Below are positions 48,659 through 59,085 of a stretch of DNA of 64,000 nucleotides, piece after piece. Source of the stretch: Asterias rubens (taxonomy: Eukaryota); assembly GCF_902459465.1 (NCBI RefSeq), contig NC_047072.1, positions 15,103,776 to 15,167,775 of the forward strand, written 5' to 3'. Below the pieces are notes generated by a model, which ran no database searches, was not told the DNA's origin, and saw only the letters and a list, made by a program, of their open reading frames with translations. The first letter of the stretch is position 1. Each line of letters starts with the position of its first letter. Position numbers and translations under genes: made by a program.

Positions 48659-49058
48659 CTGAGGACAAGAACAACAGATTGGTTTGCATAAAAATCAATC
48701 CAATGCCTTTGAGAAGCAAGTTAATTCAAGAGAATTCACTGAAAATCTTCAACCTCAGAGCAACTGTAAACTTCTTCAACTATGACTACAAAGGGGGTAA
48801 AACAGAAGAGTGACTCTGATACAATACACTCTTTCCCTTGCCTTGGAGAAAAACTATTTTTACATCAAACTTAAAGTTACAAAAATTGTCTTTGAAGTCA
48901 AATGAGTCCACTCTTACAGCAACAGCTTGCACGCTACTTCGATAAGTGCAAACATACTGCACTAAAAGAATTAATACAAGATACTTATAAAATAACAAAA
49001 GGTCCATTTTGAAATAGGGCTTGTTTTGAACCTTGCATGGTGGGAATACAATCTAGAA

Positions 49059-49165
49059 AGGTTTGCAGAGACACCATGTACGTAAAGTCTCTAAAGGTTT
49101 GCAGAGACACCATGTACGTAAAGTCTCTAAAGGTTTACAGAGACACCATGTACGTCAAGTCTCTC
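49059..49165. repeat. about 36-bp tandem repeat x3 (ggtttgcagagacaccatgtacgtaaagtctctaaa) in a REV3L intron
   Basis: Three tandem copies. It shares ggtttgcagagaca with the inverted array at 49280-49555. Confidence 0.8.
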
Positions 49166-49279
49166 TGTGAGTTGGTAGTGGTTATGAGAAGAACTGGTAG
49201 TTTACCAAGTTGTTAAAACTCTAGTTCTTCTCAGAGATCCACCACAACTCAAAAAGAGGTTTTATGTACTGTACAAAGT

Positions 49280-49555
49280 GTCTCTGCAAACCACACTAGT
49301 TTAAGAGTACTGTACAAAGTGTCTCTGCAAACCACACTAGTTTAAGAGTACTGTACAAAGTGTCTCTGCAAACCACACTAGTTTAAGAGTACTGTACAAA
49401 GTGTCTCTGCAAACCACACTAGTTTAAGAGTACTGTACAAAGTGTCTCTGCAAACCACACTAGTTTAAGAGTACTGTACAAAGTGTCTCTGCAAACCACA
49501 CTAGTTTAAGAGTACTGTACAAAGTGTCTCTGCAAACCACACTAGTTTAAGAAAC
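49280..49555. repeat. 41-bp tandem repeat, about 6.5 copies (gtactgtacaaagtgtctctgcaaaccacactagtttaaga)
   Basis: Near-perfect copies. The unit contains the reverse complement of the core of the 49059-49165 unit. Confidence 0.85.
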
Positions 49556-49588
49556 TGCTTATAACTTCAGGATGTCTCCAAAACCAAC

Positions 49589-49698
49589 CTGTCTGTGTCC
49601 CCATACACTACTCTAGCTCCCCATTTCTTGGTTGTTTCTACAAGATGTATGGCTCTCTCCAACGTCTCACGCCCCTTCCGTACAACACTGTCACCAAC
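49589..49698 (-). CDS. REV3L: REV3L exon (catalytic YGDTDS motif)
   Basis: VGDSVVRKGRETLERAIHLVETTKKWGARVVYGDTD(S) aligns to human VGDSIVHKARETLERAIKLVNDTKKWGARVVYGDTDS. Confidence 0.95.
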
Positions 49699-49789
49699 CT
49701 GCAAGAAATAATCAGTAAATCTGACAAACTGTCTTCAACCCAAAATAAGGCAGTCATTAGTTGAAACGATCAAAGGTGATTTGCCTACA

Positions 49790-50080
49790 CATTGGCAGAA
49801 ATGGACACAGATTGATTGGGGAATACTCAGTATGCATACTTCAGCGATGGAATGAAGTGCATGCTGGTCTAGTTCAGTGACAAAGTTTGGTTGCTTGGTA
49901 GACCAGCATGCCCCTCATTCCACAGCAATGCGGGCACGCCAAGAAATGGACACAGATTGATTGGAGAATACTCAGTATGCATACTTCAGTGATGGAATGA
50001 AGTGCATGCTGGTCTAGTTCAGTGACAAAGTTTGGTTGCTTGGTAGACCAGCATGCCCCTCATTCCACAGCAATGCGGGC
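49790..50080. repeat. about 134-bp tandem duplication (x2), each unit with an internal 23-bp inverted repeat
   Basis: gaaatggacacagattgattgg.gaatactcagtatgcatacttcag.gatggaatgaagtgcatgctggtctagttcagtgacaaagtttggttgcttggtagaccagcatgcccctcattccacagcaatgcgggcacgccaa occurs twice. Confidence 0.8.
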
Positions 50081-50162
50081 ACGCCAAGAAAATGTGAAGT
50101 AGTCTTTGGGAGATAGTTGGGTAACTTTTTTACAAAGAAATTGAAATGAATCTTGAATCTAC

Positions 50163-50270
50163 CTCAATACAAGGCATCCGTCCAGAGAAGCTAGCTGATG
50201 TATATCCATAGGTGAAGTTAGCGATATATTTAAGGGCAAGCTGACGACTATTCAACATACGATTCAATGC
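50163..50270 (-). CDS. REV3L: REV3L exon (KxxxNSxYG motif)
   Basis: ALNRMLNSRQLALKYIANFTYGYTSASFSGRMPCIE aligns to human ALSRMLDARQLGLKLIANVTFGYTSANFSGRMPCIE. Confidence 0.9.
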
Positions 50271-50320
50271 CTGTGGGAAAAGAAAGAAAACAAATTCAAT
50301 TTAAAAAGTACTCTAATACT

Positions 50321-51886
50321 AAAAACTACAAGGAAAGCATTAATCTCATCCTGTTGCCATTTAGAAAACTACAAGGAAAGCATTAATCTCATCCTGTTGC
50401 CATTTAGAAAACTACAAGGAAAGCATTAATCTCATCCTGTTGCCATTTAGAGGTAAGGAAAGCATTAATCTCATCCTGTTGCCATTTAGAAAACTACAAG
50501 GAAAGCATTAATCTCATCCTGTTGCCATTTAGAAAACTACAAGGAAAGCATTAATCTCATCCCGTTGCCATTTAGAGGTAAACTACAAGGAAAGCATTAA
50601 TCTCATCCTGTTGCCATTAAGTAAACTACAAAGAAAGCATTAATCTCATCCTGTTGCCATTTAGAAAACTACAAGGAAAGCATTAATCTCACCCTGTTGC
50701 CATTTAGAAAACTACAAGGAAAGCATTAATCTCATCCTGTTGCCATTTAGAAAACTACAAGGAAAGCATTAATCTCATCCTGTTGCCATTTAGAAAACTA
50801 CAAGGAAAGCATTAATCTCATCCTGTTGCCATTTAGAAAACTACAAGGAAAGCATTAATCTCATCCTGTTGCCATTTAGAGGTAAACTACAAGGAAAGCA
50901 TTAATCTCATCCTGTTGCCATTTAGAAAACTACAAGGAAAGCATTAATCTCATCCTGTTGCCATTTAGAGGTAAACTACAAGGAAAGCATTAATCTCATC
51001 CTGTTGCCATTTAGAGGTAAGGAAAGCATTAATCTCATCCTGTTGCCATTTAGAAAACTACAAGGAAAGCATTAATCTCATCCTGTTGCCATTTAGAAAA
51101 CTACAAGGAAAGCATTAATCTCATCCCGTTGCCATTTAGAGGTAAACTACAAGGAAAGCATTAATCTCATCCTGTTGCCATTAAGTAAACTACAAAGAAA
51201 GCATTAATCTCATCCTGTTGCCATTTAGAAAACTACAAGGAAAGCATTAATCTCACCCTGTTGCCATTTAGAAAACTACAAGGAAAGCATTAATCTCATC
51301 CTGTTGCCATTTAGAAAACTACAAGGAAAGCATTAATCTCATCCTGTTGCCATTTAGAAAACTACAAGGAAAGCATTAATCTCATCCTGTTGCCATTTAG
51401 AAAACTACAAGGAAAGCATTAATCTCATCCTGTTGCCATTTAGAGGTAAACTACAAGGAAAGCATTAATCTCATCCTGTTGCCATTTAGAAAACTACAAG
51501 GAAAGCATTAATCTCATCCTGTTGCCATTTAGAGGTAAACTACAAGGAAAGCATTAATCTCATCCTGTTGCCATTTAGAGGTAAACTACAAGGAAAGCAT
51601 TAATCTCACCCTGTTGCCATTTAGAAAACTACAAGGAAAGCATTAATCTCATCCTGTTGCCATTTAGAAAACTACAAGGAAAGCATTAATCTCATCCTGT
51701 TGCCATTTAGAAAACTACAAGGAAAGCATTAATCTCATCCTGTTGCCATTTAGAAAACTACAAGGAAAGCATTAATCTCATCCTGTTGCCATTTAGAAAA
51801 CTACAAGGAAAGCATTAATCTCATCCTGTTGCCATTTAGAAAACTACAAGGAAAGCATTAATCTCATCCTGTTGCCATTTAGAGGT
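50321..51886. repeat. 1.56-kb minisatellite, about 36 copies of a 41-46-bp unit (aaaactacaaggaaagcattaatctcatcctgttgccatttag), in the REV3L intron between the exons at 52048 and 50270
   Basis: Read directly. Unit variants are a 41-bp aaaactacaagg..., a 45-bp aggtaaactacaagg... and a 37-bp aggtaaggaaagc..., arranged in a higher-order pattern that itself repeats (for example 50321-50960 is similar to 50961-51600). Confidence 0.9.
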
Positions 51887-52047
51887 AAAACCATGCAACA
51901 AATGATGCAAATTATTGGAAATACCCAGCAGACGCGCAGCGCACAGAATGGACCAAAAAGTAACTGCCTTTTGGCCTCTATGATGGCGCCCTACTGCAGT
52001 GACAGCTTGCATTAAGTCTATTCTTCAAATGAAGACATTCGTAATAC

Positions 52048-52117
52048 CTTGTTATCCTTAAAGTCCTTCAGCGCTTTCTTGACAATTAGACGAAGATTTA
52101 GAATCTGTTCCAACATC
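52048..52117 (-). CDS. REV3L: REV3L exon
   Basis: (T)MLEQILNLRLIVKKALKDFKDNK aligns to human MLEEILKTRFMVKQSMKAYKQDR. Confidence 0.8.
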
Positions 52118-52573
52118 CTGAAATAAATTGTAAAACTGGTATTTATATACACTCCTCATGAATCTGTTGACGAAGATAAACATGCTGTGATAAGGTCTTC
52201 GTCGAAGCCCGCGAAAATGAAATTGCTGAAAGGTGCCATTTTGGTAATATTATGTAAGAGAGATAAAGTTAAACTAAACAAGTCTATTTAGACTGCGGCA
52301 TTTGCAATAGTTCATGACTGTCACAATTGATAATCACACCCAATTTGGCCTGTAGGCCATGAAATGTGATACTAGGTTTTCATTGTTCAATAGACTGTGC
52401 ATGTCTCCCACTTTGGTCCCACACACATTGCTTTATTGTGCAAACTACAGTATTTTAACAGGTTCCAACGTTAGAATAAGTGTGTGACTTGCAGTCTATA
52501 AGACATTTTGATTCATTGAGAAACAGCCGCTTTTGAAACCTTTAGGTAGTAGAAACACAAGATGTGGACTTAC

Positions 52574-52717
52574 GTTGGTACGACACCACGCCTGATATGA
52601 GACTTGACAAACACAATACCATTAGGGGATATATGAAGACCATCTGACTGTAGAAGCTTCTTGAATTGACTTATGGAATTAGATAAAGTACCACATCCCA
52701 TAGCATATTCACCACCA
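52574..52717 (-). CDS. REV3L: REV3L exon
   Basis: ...ISPNGIVFVKSHIRRGVVP aligns to human ITVSPNGVAFVKPSVRKGVLP. Confidence 0.8.
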
Positions 52718-53384
52718 CTGAAAATAAACACAACACAATTTTACAACCAAGACAATCATTTCATACTATGAAACACATCTTTACTCAATGGTAAAAAATT
52801 CCAAAACTTAATAGTATTTGGAAACACAAAGTACAATCGCATCAACCACATTTCAAAAGCGTTATTCAGATTAGAAAGCCCAAATGAAGTGTATTGACAA
52901 ATGAAAAATAATCGGTAGTAAATGTTAAATATGCAATCAATGGTTAACCAATGTTTAAACAATTGTAACCAGTGGTTTATGGTTAGAGGAACGTTACAGA
53001 ATTGGTAAGAAGCAAAAATCATGAAGATCACAGATTTACATAAAACTTACACAGTCTAGTGATGATGATAGTTGAAAACATCCCTTAAAATATTTCTGTC
53101 TGAAATGTCATATTTGATGAGAAATAAATAATCTAACTTCGCATTTTGAGTTTATCGCTCAGTGAGCGTTTTATTAATTTATATTTTGGCATCGATGCAA
53201 TGCAAAATTTGTAATCGGTTTTTCACTATTCTCTCTGATCGATCTCAAACTTCTACAGGTTGGTCAGTTTATGTATATGATAGATTACATAAAGTGCTTA
53301 CACTGCCAGCAATTGTTTTGTTAGCAAAAACCAATTCTGTAATGTTCGTTTAATGCAACAGCAGTAGTCAACTAATGGTCTCAC

Positions 53385-53546
53385 TTTGCAATGTGTTCTA
53401 AGCGGCCAAGACAAGTTGAGTAGCAGTAGTTATATGCAATCATCATTGAAGGATACAGAGACTGGAAGTCTAGAACAATAACTGGATCTTTATAGAAACG
53501 AGATTCTGGCTCCATCACCAAAGGAATGCACTCCGGAGCTTTCATT
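53385..53546 (-). CDS. REV3L: REV3L exon (polymerase motif region DxxSLYPS)
   Basis: (R)MKAPECIPLVMEPESRFYKDPVIVLDFQSLYPSMMIAYNYCYSTCLGRLEHIA aligns to human PQCVPLIMEPESRFYSNSVLVLDFQSLYPSIVIAYNYCFSTCLGHVENLG. Confidence 0.9.
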
Positions 53547-53910
53547 CTGCAAAGAAAATATCACAATTTCACGGTTAAAATAAATTCCTTGGGTAACCAG
53601 GAGTGGAAGATTTGCAGAAAAAAATATCTGAAAATAGTATCAAAATTGTAGGTATGTTGAAATGATTGCATGTCAGGCATTTTATTACCGCTGAGTCGTT
53701 AGAATTCAAGGTAATTTGGGGAAAAGTATACTTATAACAGCACAAGAAAAGTGGATCAAAGTGAATGGTTTCTTCATATCTGTAGAAAATAACAGCTTTA
53801 TTTTTTCCACCAGGCAAAACTGAAAATGTTTTTTACTTAAATATATTTTTCTTAAGATCTTTTTTAGTTTTGGTGTTGATAACTTATTCCACCAGGAAAG
53901 TTGTACAAAC

Positions 53911-53993
53911 CTAGATCTTTGCTGTACACTGGGCGACATGGCAACGTAATTCTGTGGTTTTGCTGTTCTCATCATCATAGACTCCACACGATA
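53911..53993 (-). CDS. REV3L: REV3L exon
   Basis: YRVESMMMRTAKPQNYVAMSPSVQQRS aligns to human YRVESMMLRIAKPMNYIPVTPSVQQRS. Confidence 0.9.
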
Positions 53994-54469
53994 CTGTCAA
54001 AGAAGAAGACATATCAGATTGTAATAACTTATAACAAACCTTTTCCTTCTTTCTTCAAAACAGATGTTATTATAAGTTATCACACAAGTGGAATACGGAC
54101 AAAATATAGCAATTCTGCGTCCCATATCCAACGAGGCCGAATATCTTCCAGTTTCTCAGACGTCGACGCGCAGAACGTTATTTTGCGACAACCGCACAAA
54201 GTTTAGAATGTAATTTTTGCTCTGTATCTGTATACAGAGCGTGATGCATTGACATTCACAATACGCACTGTGTAATAAAAACAGTGGAAGTAGGATATAA
54301 AACAGAGGAAGTAGTATACAGTATATATGTTTTTATGCCCCTAATAGTTCGAGCATCTGATTGGTGGATTAGTGCGTACTGGAAGATAACATTTGATACA
54401 TAGAAACAACGTAGGCCTACAAGAAATGGTTAATTGCAATCTCTAGTTGAATCAGATGTACTTTAGTAC

Positions 54470-54611
54470 CTGAGATCCTCTTGACAGGACACAGTAAAAC
54501 TGAATCCCAAACACACGAGCGAGTTCACTAGTTCGTCCAATCAGATCTAACTGATGAAGAAGCTTCAGAGAGCCACGCACACGCACTGTATAGTACTCCA
54601 CCACTCGCCAC
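54470..54611 (-). CDS. REV3L: REV3L exon
   Basis: (R)WRVVEYYTVRVRGSLKLLHQLDLIGRTSELARVFGIQFYCVLSRGSQ aligns to human WKMVDHYVSRVRGNLQMLEQLDLIGKTSEMARLFGIQFLHVLTRGSQ. Confidence 0.9.
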
Positions 54612-55108
54612 CTTAATAAAACAAATCATCAGCAAAAAAAACATCAATATACACTGGAGTGTTGTGGCCGAGCGGTTTAGTGTATCGAACTCGTGTTCTG
54701 ATGTGTAAACCATCAGAATGTTGGTTTGAATCTCGGTCAATACAAATGTATAATTGCTTCTCTCCACCCAGGGGTAAATGGGTACCTATGAGGGCAGAGA
54801 TCGTTCTTGTGATTGATTTAGCTTAGTGCGCTATATATTTGATAGCAAAGGCTGTATACTCCAAAGAGAGCTGAGATGGTTTTAGAAAACTGAAATAAAT
54901 GGCACAGTGACCAAGGGTAATAATGATACACACAAACTCCATATCACACTTCAAAACTTTAAAACAATCTTGAGGAAGTGTGAATTCAAAATGAAAGTTG
55001 TTTCATAAATGGCAAGGAATTTAAAATGTACCAAAGGAAGAATGTTTGATAACAGAAATGATTTGAACGAGGATTTAAAACATTTTTGAATGAGACAAAT
55101 CAACTGAC

Positions 55109-55230
55109 CTGTAGAGTTGTGGATTCTTGTGATCAAACCAGTCAGTCAGTGTACGATATGAGAACAGAGGAATGCGCTGATGTAAAACATGGAAAGCTAT
55201 ATTCTCAAATGTGTAGTTGGTTAAGGCCAC
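55109..55230 (-). CDS. REV3L: REV3L exon
   Basis: VALTNYTFENIAFHVLHQRIPLFSYRTLTDWFDHKNPQLY aligns to human VALTNYTFENVSFHVLHQRFPLFTFRVLSDWFDNKTDLY. Confidence 0.9.
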
Positions 55231-55270
55231 CTGAAGAATAGAAATACACAAGTGAAGATGCATCAAACTT

Positions 55271-55647
55271 AAAGGCAGTGGACACTATTGGTAATTACTC
55301 CAAATAATTATTAGCATAAAACCTTACTTTGTAACGAGTAATAGGGAGCTGTTGATAGTATAAAACATTGTGAGAAATGGCTCCCTCTGAAGTAACATAG
55401 TTTTTGAGGAAAGAAGTAATCTTCCACGAATTTGATTTCGAGACCTCAGAATTATATTTTGAGGTCTCGAAATCAAGCATCTGAAAACACCCAACTTCAT
55501 TTGACAAGGGTGTTTTTCCTTTCATTATTATCTCGCAACTTCGACGATCAATTGAGCTCAACTTTTCACAGGTTTGTTATTTTATGCAAATGTTGAGATA
55601 CAGCAAGTGAGAAGAGTGGTCTTTGACAATTACCAATAGTGTCCAGC
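55271..55647 (-). mobile_element. MITE copy 7 inside a REV3L intron
   Basis: aaaggcagtggacactattggtaat ... attaccaatagtgtccagc (terminal TIR slightly truncated). Confidence 0.8.
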
Positions 55648-55821
55648 ATCAGTCTTAATGGAACACATTTATAAAATACTGACATCACAACTGAATACAA
55701 TTTTGGGCTTTACAAAACAGTGGAAAAATAACCTCGCACAAATTTGAATGAAAGCCTAATGAGCACTGCAATGATTCTGCTCAACTACTTTGTGAGTAGT
55801 ATTGAGTAGTTTGAGTGTTAC

Positions 55822-55940
55822 CTCGTGTCTCATAAGTCTCCAGAGATTGAGCGTTATACGACCGGCAATGTTGATTTCTGATTGGTGGTCTGCTCCGTAG
55901 GCATCACGCTCAGATGCAAAATGGCTCTCCTTCTTAAACT
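55822..55940 (-). CDS. REV3L: REV3L exon
   Basis: EFKKESHFASERDAYGADHQSEINIAGRITLNLWRLMRHE aligns to human ENRFAAERDEYGSYTMSEINIVGRITLNLWRIMRNE. Confidence 0.9.
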
Positions 55941-56033
55941 CTGAAACAATCAAAACACAATCAGTCTTAGTTCCGGTCATCACAAGGAGATAAAATTGAC
56001 AGCATTAACTTAACTGAGAGGAAGAGTTCTCAC

Positions 56034-56149
56034 CAGGTAGTCTTGAGATTTTAGTACAGAGATCAACGTCAAGAAAAGCTGCTCTTTCCAAAAGGTAGCC
56101 CCAAGAATGCTGCTGGATCTCATAACCAACCAAGATATCTGGATCATAT
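56034..56149 (-). CDS. REV3L: REV3L exon (exonuclease-like domain)
   Basis: (K)YDPDILVGYEIQQHSWGYLLERAAFLDVDLCTKISRLP aligns to human YDPDILLGYEIQMHSWGYLLQRAAALSIDLCRMISRVP. Confidence 0.9.
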
Positions 56150-56429
56150 CTACAAAGAAATAACTCATGTTTAACTACCCTGTGCTGATTCCAATACATG
56201 TCAAAAATGATCTTAGAAAAATTTGACAGCTTATTGAATAGTACATATTTTGCTTACATTTGCAAACACTAAAAATGGTTATTTCCCTTCATAAACATAG
56301 TGAGAGGCAACAGCTTTACACAATTGCCACCAATGCCCCCCGAGAACACGAAGTATAAACAAAAATTAATTACCAAAACATGTTTTACAATACTTCATAT
56401 CACAAAACTGAACAATGATCTAGACTTAC

Positions 56430-56607
56430 TTCCTGATAACACACAGAATCTCATCCAGTAGTTCAGCCTCGGATGCTACTGATGTAATTTTGGTATCATT
56501 CAAACCACTATGTGCAAGAGATGATGGTAGATGAGATGAGGTTGATGGTCCTACGTTACTATGGTTACTATCATCAACCATGATCACACCGTGAAACATA
56601 TTTAGAT
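56430..56607 (-). CDS. REV3L: REV3L exon
   Basis: (D)LNMFHGVIMVDD...SVASEAELLDEILCVIR aligns to human GVIVIDKD...EKALFHEIANIIKR (ORF 56426-56617). Confidence 0.8.
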
Positions 56608-56844
56608 CTAATAACAAAGGAATATCAAAAATATAACTTTGAAAATAATTTTTAAAAATTCCAATAATGTTGCTTTGATAAGAAAGTTTGTCAAAACTGT
56701 TTTCCTTAGAAAAAAATAAAGTAAAATGAAAATAAAATAAAAGGGACTAAACTGGATTCATGCTTCTTAAAAATGGGTAGGTAAAGTGAACAAAATATTG
56801 CAAATAATCAGCAAGTGCTGTTTTCTAATTGAGACACACAAGAG

Positions 56845-57060
56845 ATGTTAAATTTGCATCGGGATAAAGAATATAAACTTTGGCTTTTACCCATACACCG
56901 ATGTGTGTATGCACTGTATACTCAGTACTTTCCCGAGCCCTGTGAACAAATATCACAGGCATGTTACTCGGGTGGGATTCGAACCCACGACCCTTGCAAT
57001 TCTAGAGCAGTGTCTTACCAACTAGACTACCGAGGTTGCCCGGTAGCTAGAGGCAGTTCA
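56845..57060 (-). mobile_element. tRNA-derived SINE copy (about 215 bp) in a REV3L intron
   Basis: The body gatgttaaatttgcatcgggataaagaat...acccatacaccgatgtgtgt...cagtactttcccgag is followed by the reverse-complemented tRNA-like head gggattcgaacccacgacc...agactaccgagg...ggcagttca. Confidence 0.65.
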
Positions 57061-57276
57061 CACACACAATTCACATTACGTATTTCACCGTCTGCTAAGA
57101 ACTGACTCTTAGATAATCCGTCTCCCTAAATAAAAATTGTTTTTATTTAAGGCAAGCTGGTCTGTCTTTACATGAAAGGCATTAGGTCTTAGCTGCTCAA
57201 CCCTTGCAAACTATAAGGCCTGGAATTCAAACTATGAGAGGCCAATACTGATTTCGTTCACAAAGGGAAAAACTTT

Positions 57277-57652
57277 AAAGGCAGTGGACACTATTGGTAA
57301 TTGTCAAAGACTAGCCTTCACAGTTGTTGTATCTCAACATAAGCAGAAAATAACAAACCTGTGAAATTTTCAGCTCAATCGGTCATCGAACTTGCGAAAT
57401 AATAATGATAGAAAATAAACACACGAAGTTGTGTGCAGTTAGATGGTTGATTTCGAGACCTCAAGTTCTAAATCTGAGGTCTCGAAATCAAATTCGTGGA
57501 AAATTACTTCTTTCACAAAAACTATGGCACTTCAGAGGGAGCCATTTCTCACAATGTTTTTACCATCAACCTCTCCCCATTACTCGTCACCAAGAAAGGT
57601 TTTATGCTAATAATAATTTTGAGTAATTACCAATAGTGTCCACTGCCTTTAA
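57277..57652 (+). mobile_element. MITE copy 8 inside a REV3L intron
   Basis: Full TIRs and internal palindrome. Confidence 0.8.
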
Positions 57653-57753
57653 GTCTATGGGAAAGTTCTGAGGGGCTACCAAGCCAAGACTAGGTCAACA
57701 TTGGAAATACAGTGAACATCATGTATTAAGATTTAAGAGTAAAGACTGCTTAC

Positions 57754-57922
57754 CACCATCGCTCTGTTCGCTGCTTCCTTGGCTAGCTGTGTCATGCTGT
57801 TGAGGTGTATCTTGTTGGATGCTATAAAACAATGCTCTGATTGGATCAGAGTCTGGGTCTGGATGATAGTCACGTCTTGTCTTGATGTGTAGCTCAAGGC
57901 TCATAATACTCAGATGCTGAAC
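57754..57922 (-). CDS. REV3L: REV3L exon
   Basis: VQHLSIMSLELHIKTRRDYHPDPDSDPIRALFYSIQQDTP... aligns to human IQNLTLISVELHARTRRDLEPDPEFDPICALFYCISSDTP (ORF 57719-57928). Confidence 0.85.
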
Positions 57923-57969
57923 CTTCAATCACATGATAGAACACAGACATAAGAGATCTTATAACAAAT

Positions 57970-58136
57970 CACTGCCTCTAGCTACCGGGCAACCTTGGTA
58001 GTCTACTAGTTGGTAAGACACTGCTCTAGAATTGCAAGTAACAAGCCTGTGATATTTTTTCACAGGACTCGGGAAAGTACATCGGTGTATGGGTAAACAA
58101 CAAAAATTAATATTCTTTATGCAAATTTAACATCTC
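57970..58136 (+). mobile_element. tRNA-derived SINE copy (opposite orientation, with internal deletions) in a REV3L intron
   Basis: cactgcctctagctaccgggcaaccttggtagtctactagttggtaagacactgctctagaattgcaag...ttctttatgcaaatttaacatc. Confidence 0.6.
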
Positions 58137-58570
58137 TTACATGTTATGATTATTAAGTGAATTCAAATTGACTTTATGACTTCACAGAAACTGTCAAAGA
58201 CTGAAGACAATAATCACCTAAGAACATTGGTGATTCAGTATTTGTATTAGCACTATGTCACCTGCAAGAACTATCACAGACGAGACTGATAATTAAAAAA
58301 CAAATAACAGAATCTGCATTGAATAAACTGTATGAGAATTCGTGCATGGATCCTCAGTTGACTGAACTACAAATTTACCTTTCTTTCAAACAACATAAAC
58401 TTCCATAAAACTAGTTTGTTGCTTGTACAAGTCCATACCAAGCAAATGTACATCTTTTAACTTTACAAATCTTGTGTAAAACAGCCTCAAGTTGCAGATA
58501 AAAACCAAGTCAAGACAACATTGAATTCAAGGCAATGATATGACACTGTGGACTGAATTTGGATTGATAC

Positions 58571-58690
58571 CTCATGAGTAGCCTTGGCATCCTGCATATT
58601 AATATCTCCAAACTTGAAGCCACAAGTGTTACTGGGCGTGGCACCTTCTATTTGAGACCAGTCCTTGGCATGCCTTCCATCTCCTGAACC
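58571..58690 (-). CDS. REV3L: REV3L exon, start of the conserved polymerase N-terminal region
   Basis: GSGDGRHAKDWSQIEGATPSNTCGFKFGDINMQDAKATHE aligns to human REV3L ...SQIEGPSLSNSYGFKVSIQNLQEAKALHE. Confidence 0.8.
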
Positions 58691-59085
58691 CTGATGGTCA
58701 AATGTTAAATCAAATTACAATCAATGTATGATAAGGAATAAACATTTATAGAACATGATCAAGTACTTGTTTATCCACAGTTCTGCCAATTGAAGATAAA
58801 AATATCATCATTATGCTTCCTCAAAATAAGGTCATGTCCGAATTAGCGGCTACGGCTACGGCTAGATTTCTGTGACATCATGCATTGAAGAATAGGACGT
58901 CCTAAGAAACACACTAAGCATCAGTCAGAGCCAGAGCTGAAGCCTCCCATTTGGATACAACCTTAGGCTGGGTTTTTTTAATGCAGAGAAATATGCGCAA
59001 TACTTAAATTACAGATATTTTGTTATACAATTGGAAAAAAAAAACAATATTTGTAAACTAAATTCTTAAAAATGAACCACATTAC

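Noticed and set aside
50321-51886. A CRISPR-like array (regular short direct repeats).
   Set aside because: This is a eukaryotic intron. The units abut one another with no unique spacers, and there are no cas genes. It is a minisatellite.
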